DNA of 53,496 nt, filler included, from Jimgerdemannia flammicorona (taxonomy: Eukaryota), in the NCBI GenBank assembly GCA_003990765.1. It is 3 parts of 3 records of this genome, joined end to end, with 100 filler letters (N's around TTAATTAATTAA, not from the genome) between each part and the next. Parts side by side here need not be neighbours in the genome. Positions count along the whole stretch, not along the records: positions 35,734 to 53,496 come from RBNJ01002418.1; 2 more parts are not named here. One strand, 5' to 3'. Positions 35,767-48,610 of the stretch are shown piece after piece; positions within the stretch are counted from its first letter, which is position 1, and each line of letters begins with the position of its first letter. Made by a program: the position numbers and the translations under genes. The notes beneath the pieces were generated by a model. It saw only the letters and a program-made list of their open reading frames with translations. It ran no database searches and had not been told where the DNA came from.

Positions 35767-38471
35767 GATAGACAATTTATATTATTTCCTAATTAGGACA
35801 GTTCTTTGGTATATAGACAATTTGTATAATATAAGCAGATTTCTTATGCAATTTCTGTATAATGATCTTGTATTCTAAATATATATAATTTCTATATAAT
35901 AATATCTATAAGTCAATTTTTTTAGATATATAATTTCTGTATAATAATCATGATTTGGCATTGTGTGGGTGATTTGATAGACTTCCTTATTAGGTAGTAA
36001 ATTACTTAAAAATGGCAGATAATATAGATTCTTAAACAAGGTTATTTCAAAGAATATTTTATTTATATAAATGAGTATTCACTATAAAGATATTTTTTAT
36101 ACTAGACTGACTTTATAGCAAGAGAACAGATCTCTTGAAAATAACTAAGATAATGTAGATTTTTTCTAATTTGATAGACTTTTTGAATATCCATAAAATT
36201 CTTTACTTAAACTTGGTAGCAAATCTCAGACCTTATATCAGAAAGTAGACTAGAGTAGAAAATGACTCACAACTCTTTATAGTAGCTCATTGTCAGGTTT
36301 CTCCTTCTAAGTATATCAGATAATTGGCTTTTACTTTAATTTTTAGACTGAGGTTTATTCTCTCTTATCTCTGGGAAATTTTATATAGTTGTAGTTACTA
36401 TCTGATTACTATTTAGCTAACTATAGAATGTATAGTAATGTTATTGAGAAAAAAGAGTGACTGGATATATCTACTGAGCACAGATATATCTGATAGATAT
36501 AGATATGTCTAATGAGCATATATTTATCCTTAGAATATAGATCAATAAATCTGATTTATATATGTAGTATCTTTGGCTAATTATATATAAGTAGTAGTAT
36601 ATATGAGTAACCAGATATAGATAACTATACTATACTGAGTATTTATATCATCCATCTATACTATATTATTTACTTATTATATTAGCTCTAACTAAAGAGT
36701 AATCTATACCCAGACTATTCTTTAGTTATAATAATAGTATTTATAAGTATTTTCAGTATTTATATCTGTACTATATCTTCTCAAGTATCTGAATTACTTC
36801 ATTCTAGTAGCTCTTCTTCTTTTGCAGAGAACAGGACTTCAATGTAATTGATAATACTCAGATAGGTGAGCATGATTATACTCTGAAAGTTATTTAGAGA
36901 GAACTGGGCTTGGGTCAGTATTGTATATTTTGTTTATAGATTTGTATAGAGTCTGTCTGCAGCAATAGTGTTCCTTTAGGACAGACTAGTAGTATTATGA
37001 AAATAGATCTGCTCTAAGGCTAGAAGGTTTTACAGTAGTTGATTGATTGTATAGTAGATCTGTAGTTGGTGAATCTGCAGTAGGTATTCTGCTAGAGTAA
37101 GATTTTCTTAGTATATCTGAATCTGTTAAAGATAGGTCTTATTGATTTTTTGAAACTAGAGTAAGTAAATTGGTAAAGCTTAGAAGCAATTGAGAATAAG
37201 GGTATAGAGGCACTGGTAAATTCTCTGATTTATTATATAGATAGTAAATATATATATCTTGAGATAATTGATATAGACAAGAGTCCTTAGAGTTTATTTT
37301 TCTATTTTTCTTAAATAGATTCTATATTCTCTGATATTGTATATAAGATAAGGTTCTTTCTATTTGGGCCCCAATTTGGCAGCAAAGTTTGTTTTGATCA
37401 TACTTCTCCAAACTAATACTAGATCTTCAATCTTGATCCTATGATTCTTCTACTTTTAGTTATAGTAATTCTTTTGTCTTTTCTAGATCTTGATTATCTG
37501 AGCTCAGGCTTGATTATATAATTGTTCAGTCTTTTTGAAGATTCTTATGATCAGTAGTTCAAGACTTCTTGATAAATATCATCTCAATTGGCTTTTATTT
37601 GATAGAGATAATAGAGGTATTCTGAATTTTCCATAGGATCTCAATTAAGCAGAGATTTTTAATTAGTAAGATTAACTCAGACAAGTCCTTTCTTGATGGT
37701 CTGGTTCATTTATTCTATCATAATATTGGTTTGAAGGTGGTATAATATAGTCTGTTTTAGGTGGATCTTATAAATTTAAGTATAACTTATAATTATATTA
37801 TTGACAAATTCTGTGCTATGGTCAGAGATAAGTTATACTGGGGGTCTATGTATATCTGAGTGTGAGACTATGGAAGAGACCAACAATGATCAAGGTATTA
37901 GTAATTTCTATTGTGAAAGCTTCAGACTATTTAAGATATATTTATTTCTTCTTAGTATAGCTGGCAGAGGTCTAATAATATCTACTCTCTATTTCTGAAA
38001 GATATTATCCAATAGTATAATTGGTTGTCATGTGCTTGGTAGTTGTTCTTTCCTTAGTACTTCTGGTAGATATCAAATTTCTTCAGTATTGTAATGTTCC
38101 TGGCTCAATAGAAACAAATTACAAGGTTGGGGGTTGACATAGTTTGGCTTAAGCCCCCAGTTACTTTATTAAAAGCAACAAAATGTTCTTGGTATTTAAT
38201 GGCATAATAGTCAAAGCTGGATATCTGTGAATGATTTCCTTATTGGGATGGTTCTCTGGATATAGTGGTAATTTTATATAGTATGAGTGTTCCTTATACA
38301 TAATGGTCTGACAATTTGGCAGTTTGCCTTATGCAATTTCTGTGTGATGATTTCTGTATAGTATGATGATCTCCAAAAATATGCAATTTCTGTATGACAA
38401 TCTTGGTGGACTTCTTCTTAATTTGACACAGATTCTCCTAAATCAGCAACTTACTGAGAATAGAGGATGGT
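35765..38471 (-). mobile_element. Ty3/Gypsy tandem remnant: leader of next unit, shared LTR (~36234-36681), ORF3, partial integrase, internal deletion, leader
   Basis: ~37330-38090 matches the integrase region at 48760-49540. 38090-38470 matches 51836-51873 plus 52923-53230. The LTR matches 46928-47315 at both ends. Confidence 0.78.
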
Positions 38472-39195
38472 CCACACCAATACTTTTCTCTGCTAACATT
38501 CATATTATACAAACTTCAAAACACACTTTTGGATCAATTATTAGAGAAAGCTACTAAGGACATGGTAACAAACAAGTGAGCTGACATATAAACTGAGTCA
38601 GGTAGACCTGGGGCCATTAACTGGCAATACATTAGAAGAGAGTATAGATTGGAGATGAGATCTTTCAGAGGTCTGAGTGGGTAGGACAGTTTAGGCAATA
38701 GTGGTGTCACTGACAGAGGAGCAGGAGGGCAGGAGGGGAGAAGTTTTGCAGATATGCTGAAGGCTGAGAGATGGCCTACAGGATCTCATGGTGGTCAGGC
38801 AGGGGGGAAGAGAAAGCAAAGAGAAGTAGAGGTAAGCAGTTCAGCTTCTCAACTGATAGATGAAAGAACTGGTGGTGAAGTTGCTGGGGGTAGAAGGGAG
38901 ACTGCTGATAGGGGTATGACTGTAGATTAGAAAAAAATCCAGATGTGATAGTTGATAGAGGGCCAGACCATTGGGCCTAAAGCAGATGGAGGACCTGGCT
39001 GATGGTGTAATAGGGCTGGTGGTGGCACTATTAATCAAGAAGTCAATTTTGGAGTTTGCTATAACCTTGTGCTTCTAAGGCTTGGCAGTGATAGCAAGGA
39101 TGGTTCTGGGGCTTATCTCTAAACAGATGGCTGAAGCTGCCTCAGTGAGATTTCTGAAGGGGCTGGAGGGGGTTGAGGTGGGATTTGAGGAGGCA

Positions 39196-40677
39196 TAGTC
39201 CAGATAGTCTTCCACAGCAAGCCTTTTACGTGGACCAAATGTGTCTAAGCCACCAGGAGGATGAGTATTTCAAGTTTTGGAGGTTACAAGTATAGACTTT
39301 AAGGAGCACCAACAGGTGTACCTCATCCCTTAGGTATAGGAGTCACAACCAGTCTTTTTGGTATGGCTATAGCATTTGGTTTCAGTAAGTTATAAGAATT
39401 TCAAGAATTTTGGGCAAAATGGGCAAAACAGGTGATATGGACAAGATAGGCAAAATGGGCAAAATGAGTAATAGCAATATGGACAACACAGGCAACATAG
39501 GCAATATGGGCAACATGGGCAAGGTGGGCAAGATAGCAAGATAGCAAAATGGGCAAGATGGGTAAGACAGCAAGACAGCAAGACAGCAAGATGGGCAAGA
39601 TGATAAGATGGGCAAAATGGGCAAAATGGGATAAACAAGATGAGTAACATAGGCAATATGGGCAATATGGGCAACATGGGAAATATGGACAAGACAGGCA
39701 AGACAGTAAGATGGCAAGATAGGCAAGATGAGCAAGATGGCAAGATGACAATACAGCAAGACAGGCAAGACAACAAGATGGGAAGGCAGCAAGATGGGCA
39801 AGATGGCAAGATGGACAATATGGGTAAGATGGACAAGATGGCAAGCTGGCATGATGGGCGAGATGGCAAGATGGGTAACAGGGGCAAGATGGGTAAAATG
39901 GGCAAAACAGAATAGGTAAGATGGGCAACATGGGCAATATGGGCATCATAGACAATATGGCAAGATAGCAAGACAGGCAAAATGGGCAAGACAGCAAGAT
40001 GGCAAGATGGCTGGATGGGCAAGAAGATGGGCAAGATAGATAAGATAGCAAGACAGGCAAAATGGACAAGATAGCAAGATGGCAAGATGGCTGGATGGGC
40101 AAGAAGATGAGCAAGATAGATAAGATGGCAAGACAGACAACATGGGTAAGATGGACAAAATGGGCAAGATTGGCAACATGGGTAATACAGGCAATACAGA
40201 CAATACAAGCAAGATGACAAGATGGCAAGACAGATAAAATAGAAAGATGGGCAAGATGGGGAAGATGGGTAAGACAGGCAGGATGGGCAAGACAGGCAAG
40301 ATAGTAAGACAGGCAAGATGGGCAAGATGGGGAAGATGGGTAAGACAGGCTACATGGGTAAGACAGACAAGATAGCAAGACAGGCAAGATAGACAAGATG
40401 GAGAGGCACTAATAGGGGTAGGCCAGATATACTAGATGCTGAGTACTTGAGGTGGTTGGGGCTTACAACCCATACCCACTCTTGGGTGGAGCAGGCCAGA
40501 TAGGAGGATTTAGTTACTCAGGCAGTAAGGTTACAACTCATACTCTAAAGGTGCTAAGATTATTATTGGTTTAGAGAGCAAATGAGTATAGGGGTACCAG
40601 TGCAGTATGAGGATACTATGGATGTTATAGATAGTTAATAAATGTGGCTTTGGCCTATAGAAAAAAAAAAAAAAAAA
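39196..40677 (+). mobile_element. Element D: polyA retroposon with ~1 kb minisatellite
   Basis: 16-bp TSD gggatttgaggaggca (39180-39195) / gagatttgaggagaca (40678-40693). AATAAA and polyA at the 3' end. Confidence 0.82.
39411..40401 (+). repeat. Degenerate 8-9 bp minisatellite (ATGGGCAAG / ATGGCAAG)n
   Basis: Directly visible tandem units with higher-order blocks. Confidence 0.95.
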
Positions 40678-41056
40678 GAGATTTGAGGAGACAGGACCAG
40701 TGGAGGATGCATTGAAGACAGGAGTGACTGTAGAGGAGGTGGTGGTCCCTATGGTGTGCTGCTTAAGGTGGGACCTCAGGGTGGTTTAGCTTTTGGTGAA
40801 GGGGGTGCCTACAGTGATGATGGCTGAGACCAGGAGGAGGGTTGAGGAGCCTTCAGTCATATTGTGGAGAGCCTTCATTTGTAAGGTATCAAGGATGAAG
40901 GGGAGGGAGGAGGAGATGGAGGATCTGCTGAAGACATTGGAGGAGCAGAGTGGAGTAGTGGAGAGAAGGACAAAGGCCTGGAAGGCATATATAGAGATAA
41001 TATACTTAGAGATGATTGAAGAGAAGCATATTTAAGTGGACAAGAAAATATAGGAG

Positions 41057-41734
41057 TGCCCCTTTCTCCACTACCTTACCAGTTACAATGGTTTGGTAGG
41101 CAATCTTCTGAGTTCACTTTCCACAATTGTTACCCCCTCTACCTCGGGTTGGTTTGCTATACCTGTTGCAGGGCAGTGAGAGGGAGGCAATGGTGACAAG
41201 TTACCCCTTTATCGGTATCAGATCAGTGTCTTCTCCACTTTTTCGTGGTTTCTGATGTCTTTGGCTGCATCTGGAGTGCATCCATTTTGGTGCAGCACTT
41301 TCTTCCTTTTGCTGTCACCAACAAGATGCTGTCTCAGTGTATCTCGAGCTATGTAGGAAGTCAGCTGACCTTGGGCATCAAGTGCTCAGTGTAGGTTACC
41401 TGCAGATCCTTGGTACCTGTGGTGGGGCCCTCTGGCTTTGGCAAGCTTCCTGGCAAGCATAGTTCTGGTATAGGTGACTGTTTTTCAGGTGTTGTTGGAA
41501 TGGGAGGAGAGATGGCTGTAACAGATAGAAGGAAGGGTGATAACAGTGAACCAGTAAGGTATCAGGCTGGGGATAGTCATCAGGGCTGGGGTGGGTGCTG
41601 CTTTGGTGGGGCCTTTTGATTGGTACAGCATGGTTAAGTAGTAGGTGTCACTCTTGGCTTCTTTTGGCAGGTTGGCAGATTAGGCTCCAGTCATCAGGGG
41701 GGGTCAGGGGGCCTGAGGCTACCCATTTCAGGTA

Positions 41735-41773
<39 letters not shown>

Positions 41774-42707
41774 GTCACTTGGACTCCATCTTTATTACCA
41801 GTCTATGAATAAGTATACAATATCCCCACCCACTATCCGATCCCCATAGGGGGGCCCCTCCCCACCTCTTCACATATAAAGACCACTCTCTCACCAATGA
41901 CTCCAACTCTCCCACCACTCTGACCACAAATTTTCACCACCAAGCAGTACCTCTGACCCCTCTGCAGCCCCCAACCAAGCCACCAGCCTGTCAAGGTGTC
42001 CTCCATAAGGCACTGCCACCATGATAACCGGCTCCCCAAGCTCTGTCGCCTCTCCTCCTCAAATACAAATAGCCAGTGACTGGCCAGCCCAACCCAAATA
42101 GCCAATGCCCAGCCTAAGGTAATCTACTCCACCCCTACCCCTCCTACCAATCGATCCCTCAGGTTCTCCCACCTCTCTCATACCCCATTTCAGGTATCTT
42201 GTCTGCACTTAACTGGAACCGGGAGCTGACATAACAATGTGATCAAGGCCCACAGACTTGAGTAGTGGGATATTGGGGGTCTCCTCCCACCTCATGTATA
42301 AGTCCTTTACTTACCTCAACTGGGAGAACCAGGCCCTACCCACCATGTTGTACTTTGATGAGGGTTTTTCTTTGTCTGTCATTCTCTTTGAGGTAGCAGG
42401 GGCTATTTTATTCGGCTCGGATATGGCCTTATATATACATTGGGTTCTTGGGCATGAGATTTCAGTCATTGGTATATGGTTGGATTTCCCCTGGTGGTAG
42501 GGAGAGCATGGTGTGCAGAATGAGGTATAGGCCACCATAGGCCCTACTGCACCTGTCATGGTTGAGCTGCTGGACAATAGCTAGCCTCAGTTAATGGGGG
42601 GGCAGAACTTGATGGGTGGTGGGGGAGGGTTTTGACCTATATAGTCTAGGTTCCCTTCCAATAAAAATCCGTGGGACATTGAGTCTGTTAAAAAAAAAAA
42701 AAAAAAA
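41057..42707 (+). mobile_element. Element C copy 2, with nested LINE-A 3' fragment
   Basis: TSD aaaatataggag (41045-41056 / 42708-42719). Same 5' start (tgcccctttctc) and 3' end as copy 1. Confidence 0.85.
41737..42183 (-). mobile_element. Short 5'-truncated LINE-A, closely similar to the 28554 copy
   Basis: PolyT; TSD cccatttcaggtatc (41722-41736 / 42184-42198); ends ...GRGPPMGIG. Confidence 0.92.
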
Positions 42708-45700
42708 AAAATATAGGAGAGGTCCCAGGGCCACAAGTTGCAGAGAGAGCTGCTAGTGAAGCTAGGGAGAGAGGCATCAATATCTGCTGGGGGTAGCATA
42801 GATACCAGGGGAGCCAAGGCTAGTGTCTGGGCTAGTGGAAATAGTGAGGTAGAAGGGGGGGGTCAAGAGGAGGCCAGGAAGATGCCTAGTGGAGATCTAT
42901 ATAAGGATGGTATGTTTGAAGTGAGGAAGTCTGGGAGGATTCTCCTAACCCTCTTGTTAGGAGAGGACCTGCAGCAAAGAGACAAGGGGTAGTGGATGTG
43001 CCCATGTATGGGGCCCAGTGAGCATGATTTGGAGTTCCTGAGGTGGAGAAGGGGGGTCAGGTGGTGGCTATAGGTGAGGAGAAATTGGTAGATATCCCTG
43101 AGCAGGGGTGGGATGAGACTATGAGCAAGGGTGCTGATATGACAATGCTGGATGGGGTTCAACCAGCAATGCCTTGGGGGAAGGAGGTGGGAAACTTACT
43201 CTGGATATATTGGATGATAAATAACTTTACAGCTCAGGAGTTGGGGGAGGTGGACTTGAGAGTGATAAGTGATGAGCATTGGGCAAGGGTCCTGTATGGT
43301 GATGGAGTAGTGGAGGCATTGAAGGCAGAAGTACTTGTAGTTTTCCTGGAGAAGGAGGGGTATGAGGTTGATGAGGAGAGGAAGGCTGAGTTGGCTGTGG
43401 TGGCAGGTGAGCAGGTGGCCTCCTGTTGGATGGAGCATCATGGTCTGCAGCTCTGGCAGGATGCCTGTCAGGAGTATCATGAGGATTTTGAGGAGGAGGA
43501 GGGGGAACTGAATGAGCTTCTGGAGAGATTGGAGACAAGAAGAATTGAGGAGGAGGAGTGGGAAGCAGAACATATCTTGAACTTGGCACAGGAGCAGATG
43601 AAGGTAGAGTAGTAAAGAGAGTGTGGGGACTTTTCATCTAAACATTATTCCCAATGAACAGTACAACCAACATTTTCTCTCTTAACATGAATGGGCTACA
43701 GAGTTCAGGGTGGTGTAAGAACATTTTCACTTGGCTTAAGAGATTAGAGGCTGATCTCTTCCTGCTGTAAGATGTATAGTGTGAGGATGATGTGGATCAA
43801 GTGGAGTGGACTAGAGAATGAGGAGGAGCTGTAGCATGGGTTGGTAAAGTGGCAATATTGGTGTAGAGTAGCAAGGGGGATCTAGGGGGAATCAGGAACT
43901 GGGAGACTATTGGTATAGGGGGAGTGGTGTCAACCTGAGTAGGAGCCAGTGAGAGTTGGCTCTTACTACTGCCTAGCAGCCAGAGGTGAGAGGATTGTAT
44001 AGATTAAGGGGCTCTTAGAGGAGGGCACTTTCTTGGAGGATGGGGTAGATATTCTGGGTGGGGATTTAATATGGTACAAAACCCTCAGTTAGATAGAACT
44101 GATAGAGGGAGAAGTGCTGGTAGAATAAGTGGTGGCCTAGATGCATGGAAGGAGGTAGAGAACCTTAGCTCCTTAGGGGATATAGACAGAACAAAGTGGG
44201 GAGAAAAGAGGATCTACACATACTGGGTAAATAGCTTAGGTATAAGAATTGACTGAATTCTGTTAGCAGAATGCTGGGGCTTAGATATCTGGAGGTCTCT
44301 GGAGGTAGAGTGGTACCCATGGTCTGATCATTGGGACCTATTAGAGCAGAGGCAGTTTGGGGGGAGTGGAGATAGACCTGGACATTGGTGCCTTAACTCC
44401 TTCCTGCTGGCTGAGAAATATTGTGGGACCCATGGGTAGAGGACATCCAGGGGAGGATTGTAAGCTGGAGACAGGAAGGCATGGCAGTAGGTATTTGGTG
44501 GATAAGGTTGAAAGAAACTGTGAGAGTATACTGGGGGGGAGCTGGAAGGAATACTGGGAGGCAGAGAAGGAAAAGAGTGAGGTATACTTCGAATCAGTTG
44601 ATTAGACTGCAGATAGAATGGGCAGACATGATAAATTCTGGTGAAATGGATGATTGGAGGTTGGTGAGAGCTAAGATGGAGGTGGTGGAATTACAACAGG
44701 TGCTGAGAGAGGAGGAGGAGTTGTATATGAAAGAAATAGCAGCTAGACTGAGGTGGTAGGGGCTTGAGGAGGGTGGAAGGCCTACTAGATACTTATCAAG
44801 GCTCCTTCAGAAAAGAAGGGTAAGACATCAATGGGATGGAATTCTTGATGCAGAGGGAGAAATGGTTCATAGTACATAACAGATCTTGGGGGTATTAAAG
44901 GAGAGGTGAAGGGGGATGTGGAGTAAGGAGGAAGGGGGTGCTGATGCCAAAACAATTGGCAATACTCTGGAGGATTGGGTGCTACTGCAGGTAGAGGGCC
45001 TGGGGGATTTGATCCTACCAGTCCAGCAGGAGGAGATTCAGAGAGTCCTTGTAGCAACTAAGCTTAGAACAGCACCAGGAGAGAATGGATTATCTTGCAA
45101 CTTTTGGAAGAAGATAATGAGAGCCCCTGGGGTATTAGAAGAAATGGTGGCTCTATGTGACCTTATTCTCCTAAATGGTGAGTGGGTTGGAGAGCAGGAC
45201 TTAGGACTGGTGGCCCTTCTGTATAAGGACAAGAGAGAGAGGGAGGACTGGAAGAACTGGTGACTGATCATGCTCCTAGATATGGACAGAAAGATAGTTA
45301 CTAAGGTAATCATGGCAAGGTTGCAGAAGGTCACCCAACAGATACTGGGAGAAGAGCAGCAGGCTTTATTGGAGGTAGACTTATCAGAGATGGGACAGCC
45401 TGAGTCCATGGTATCATTGAAGGGGCACAGGCTTATGGATTGGATGAGAGGCTGATCTTTCTGGACCAGGAAAAGGGCTATGATCATGTTCAGAGGGTGT
45501 GGCTGGGCAAGGTTCTGGACAGAATTAGTGTTCCCTCATGATTTTGAGCTTCTATATTGAATCTGTTGAAGGGGAGTCAGATAGCATTAATGTATAATGG
45601 TCACTAAGGTCTGATATTTCCCTTGGGGAGAGGAGTTCCTCAGGGGGCTCCACTGTCTCCTATATTATATGCCCTTTCATTAGAGTCTCTGATGGATAGG

Positions 45701-46440
45701 ATTCATAGCAAGGTGGCAGAGCTCTCTATTTATGGTATGGTGTGAAAAGTGGGGGCCTTTGCAGATGATATGGTGGTTAGACTGAGATCAGTGACAGATG
45801 TTGAGGTACTTAAAGAGACAGTGGAATGGTACAAGGCACACTCTGGAGCAAAACTCAACTGGCATAAGTGTGAGACAATGGTGTTGGAGAATAGACTAGT
45901 GGGAGGGGATGTCATAGGTACAATTGTCTCTACAAGAGAGACAGTATGATACCTGGGCATCTTCTTTTCAGTATATGGATCTGTCCTCCCATAGATATAG
46001 TTGGTGAGGAGGGTGGCCATTTGGGGTGAGGCTCTTCGAAGTTGGAGAGGTTGCTATATCTTGCTAACAGGTCAGGTATTGATTCTGAATGTCTAATGGT
46101 TCCCTAAGCTGTGGTATATTGCTTAAACTTAGACTTCCCAGGTGGTGAAGAGACTAATGAAGCTAGCTAGGGCTTGGATTTGGGCTGGGAGGCAGTCCCA
46201 GATCAGTTGGGATACCTATCATTACCAGTAGTAAGAGGAGGGCTAGGACTGGTGGATCTTCCTAAGAGGCTCCACAGCCTGAGAGCTTGGTAGCTGAAGT
46301 GGGCTGCTGAACTATAGGGAGCAGGATGGGTGCCACTGATGCAGAAGGTGTGGGAAATGAGGTTCTCCCCAAGAGGGTCCTCAGGGAACTTGCTATCATT
46401 GGTGGGTCTGGGTGAGAGCCATCAGTTAAGGTATAAAGGC

Positions 46441-46887
46441 TCACTCCCAGTTCCCCTTCCCCAATTTCAATAAGTCAATAGAAACCCTCTTCAGCAAATC
46501 CAGATCCATCAGAAGAACCTCACCCTGGCCAGATATTTACTATAAGTCCACCAGCTACAGACCTACTATGTAATTAGAGAGCAATTGTAGAACCTTCCAG
46601 CAGCAGACCTAATCTACATCAGGAACTCTACTGGCCTCATCCAAAAAAACACCACTGCTGCAGACAGGCTGTACATAATCTATAAATGAAATGTCCCAGC
46701 ATTGATACAGTTATAATTCTCCCTGAATGATATATAAACTATGAATCCTGCCACCTACTGGAATGTCATGATCTTGTCTCCAGAGAAAGAAGAAGAACCT
46801 GTTGAATAGAGTGACTCTGATTCAAATGAAGATACTGGTTCAGATATTGATACTGAAGATGCTTATACATGTTGGAATGATGACTAA
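46441..46887 (+). pseudogene. Gypsy ORF3 remnant (accessory ORF between integrase and PPT)
   Basis: Single frame PVPLPQFQ*VNRNPL...HQLQTYYVIREQL...AADRLYIIYK...acidic tail. Gapless alignment to the 410-aa ORF N-domain. Confidence 0.72.
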
Positions 46888-46927
46888 AGGATTGTCTGAG
46901 GGCAGACTATTCTTTAGTGGGGGCTAA

Positions 46928-47315
46928 TGTGACAAGCAGCAGAATTGTACTGCCAAAATTATAAATTAGTCACATACTATATCTAGTACACTAAGCAACC
47001 AAGACTGCTTTACTGTATCAACCTATATAATTAGTCCGAGATACCAGAAACATATGTTTACCTATACTGAGTAGGTATACTATACCAAGTAGGTATACTG
47101 TACCAAGTGGGTACACTGTATCATCCAGAAATATATATCATAGATAGCAATCTATAGTTAACAACATAGTAACCAGATAGCAACTGCAACTATATAAAAT
47201 ACCCCAGAGATAAGAGTGAATAAACCTCATTCCAAAAAGTTGAAGTAAACTAAAGAAGCTGCTCAAGATTGAGCATTGGTCCCCTTTTCCCTTCTCTGGT
47301 TCACTTTCTGATACA
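46928..47315 (+). mobile_element. Gypsy LTR (~390 bp), preceded by a PPT and followed by a PBS-like TGGT and leader
   Basis: agtgggggctaa|TGTGACAA...GATACA|attgat TGGTATG. Internal 18-bp repeats, TATAAAA and AATAAA. Confidence 0.78.
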
Positions 47316-47665
47316 ATTGATTGGTATGTTTACCAGATAAGCCTGAAGATTTACTACCAAAGTTTGAGTGAAGAACTTTGCTGCCTTTTGAAGAGAAACC
47401 CACTGCTTAAGGAATAAGCTGCTGTTTTCAAGTTACCCACATTCCCAGAGAGCTCTTAAGAAACCTTACCATAAGCCAGTCTTTTAGAAACAACTTTACA
47501 GTAATTCATTTGTACAACCAAAGTCAGTCTTTGATGTACCTTACCAAGAATCTGAGTTATCCAAGTTATCTATATCATCTAAGTTATCCAAGTTATCTGC
47601 ACCATCTGAGTTATTCATCCATCCCAGTGAGCCTGATTCAGAGAATCTGCACCATTCTATATTTC

Positions 47666-48610
47666 TTTTTTTTTTTTTTTTTTTTTTTTTTGGTATAGTC
47701 TCTTGGACTCCATCCTTTATTAATATACCCATCTATCCAATATAAATACATTGAGCCCACCCCTATCTGATCCCCCTAGGGGGCCCTCCTCTCTCCACCC
47801 TATCATGATTAAAGATCATCAAGTCATTAACCTTCACAACCTATCCACTACTCTGTTTGCAGATTCCTTCTACCAGACAGTGATGGCACTCACCCTGGAG
47901 ACCCCAACCCACCCACCACCCTGTCAATAAATCCCCCAACAACTCCTCCCATCTTAACAACTTCTCTTATAGATCCATCTGTCACCCCTTCTCAAAAACA
48001 AAGAGCCAATGTCCAGCCAGTCCTACTCATATAGCTAAAACCCACCCTACAGTGAGCCATTCATTGCCCACACCTTCCACCAACCTAGTTCTCAAATCTT
48101 CCCTTTGACCCCTCTCCCCATCTGATCTACTCTTAACCTCTAACTATATATCTACTGCTAACCAAAAGTCCCCCAGAACCTTGCACTCTTCTAGCCAATG
48201 TTCTGGTATCTGTACAAATTCCCCAATTTGTCCAACATTGTAATACTTCTTGTAGTCCAGTTGTCCCCCATCCACCAGATGCCCAGCACAGAAATTCAAC
48301 ATGATATTCCTCTAAAGCATCCTCCACCATACTACCCAGAACTTGAGAGAAAGCCACCTCTTCACCTCAGCACTCCATGACCAGACTCTAGCCCAGTCCT
48401 ACTCCTCACCAATCCCCACTGCTTGCCAACCACCAGGTCAGATATCCTGACCCAATCCCACTCTATCACCAATGTTGAACTCAATTAGTGGAGCACCCTC
48501 CAATAGCAGTCTGTTCCCATCACCATATCTCTGGACCCCACAGCATCTTCCTTATTGCTATACTAGTGCAAACCAATATAGTGAGCTCCATCCACTACCT
48601 CTCACCAAAA
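47666..48610 (-). mobile_element. Inverted 3' end of the LINE-A copy starting at 38472
   Basis: Minus strand starts TTTTGG (FW), continuing ...KG at 46440. PolyT starts at 47666. Confidence 0.85.

Larger units (their letters stand above)
38472..46440 (+). mobile_element. LINE-A full-length degenerate copy hosting elements D and C; its 3' end lies in the inverted segment
   Basis: 5' cttttctctgct motif; ORF1 and ORF2 remnants; stops abruptly at LRYKG. Confidence 0.9.

Noticed and set aside
39382..40396. Long Cys/Pro/Leu-rich minus-strand ORFs
   Set aside because: Produced by the minisatellite lacking stops on that strand; antisense to the polyA-defined orientation.
47322..47340. Assigning the PBS to a specific tRNA
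   Set aside because: The sequence is decayed and needs the organism's tRNA set; only a TGGT start is supportable.
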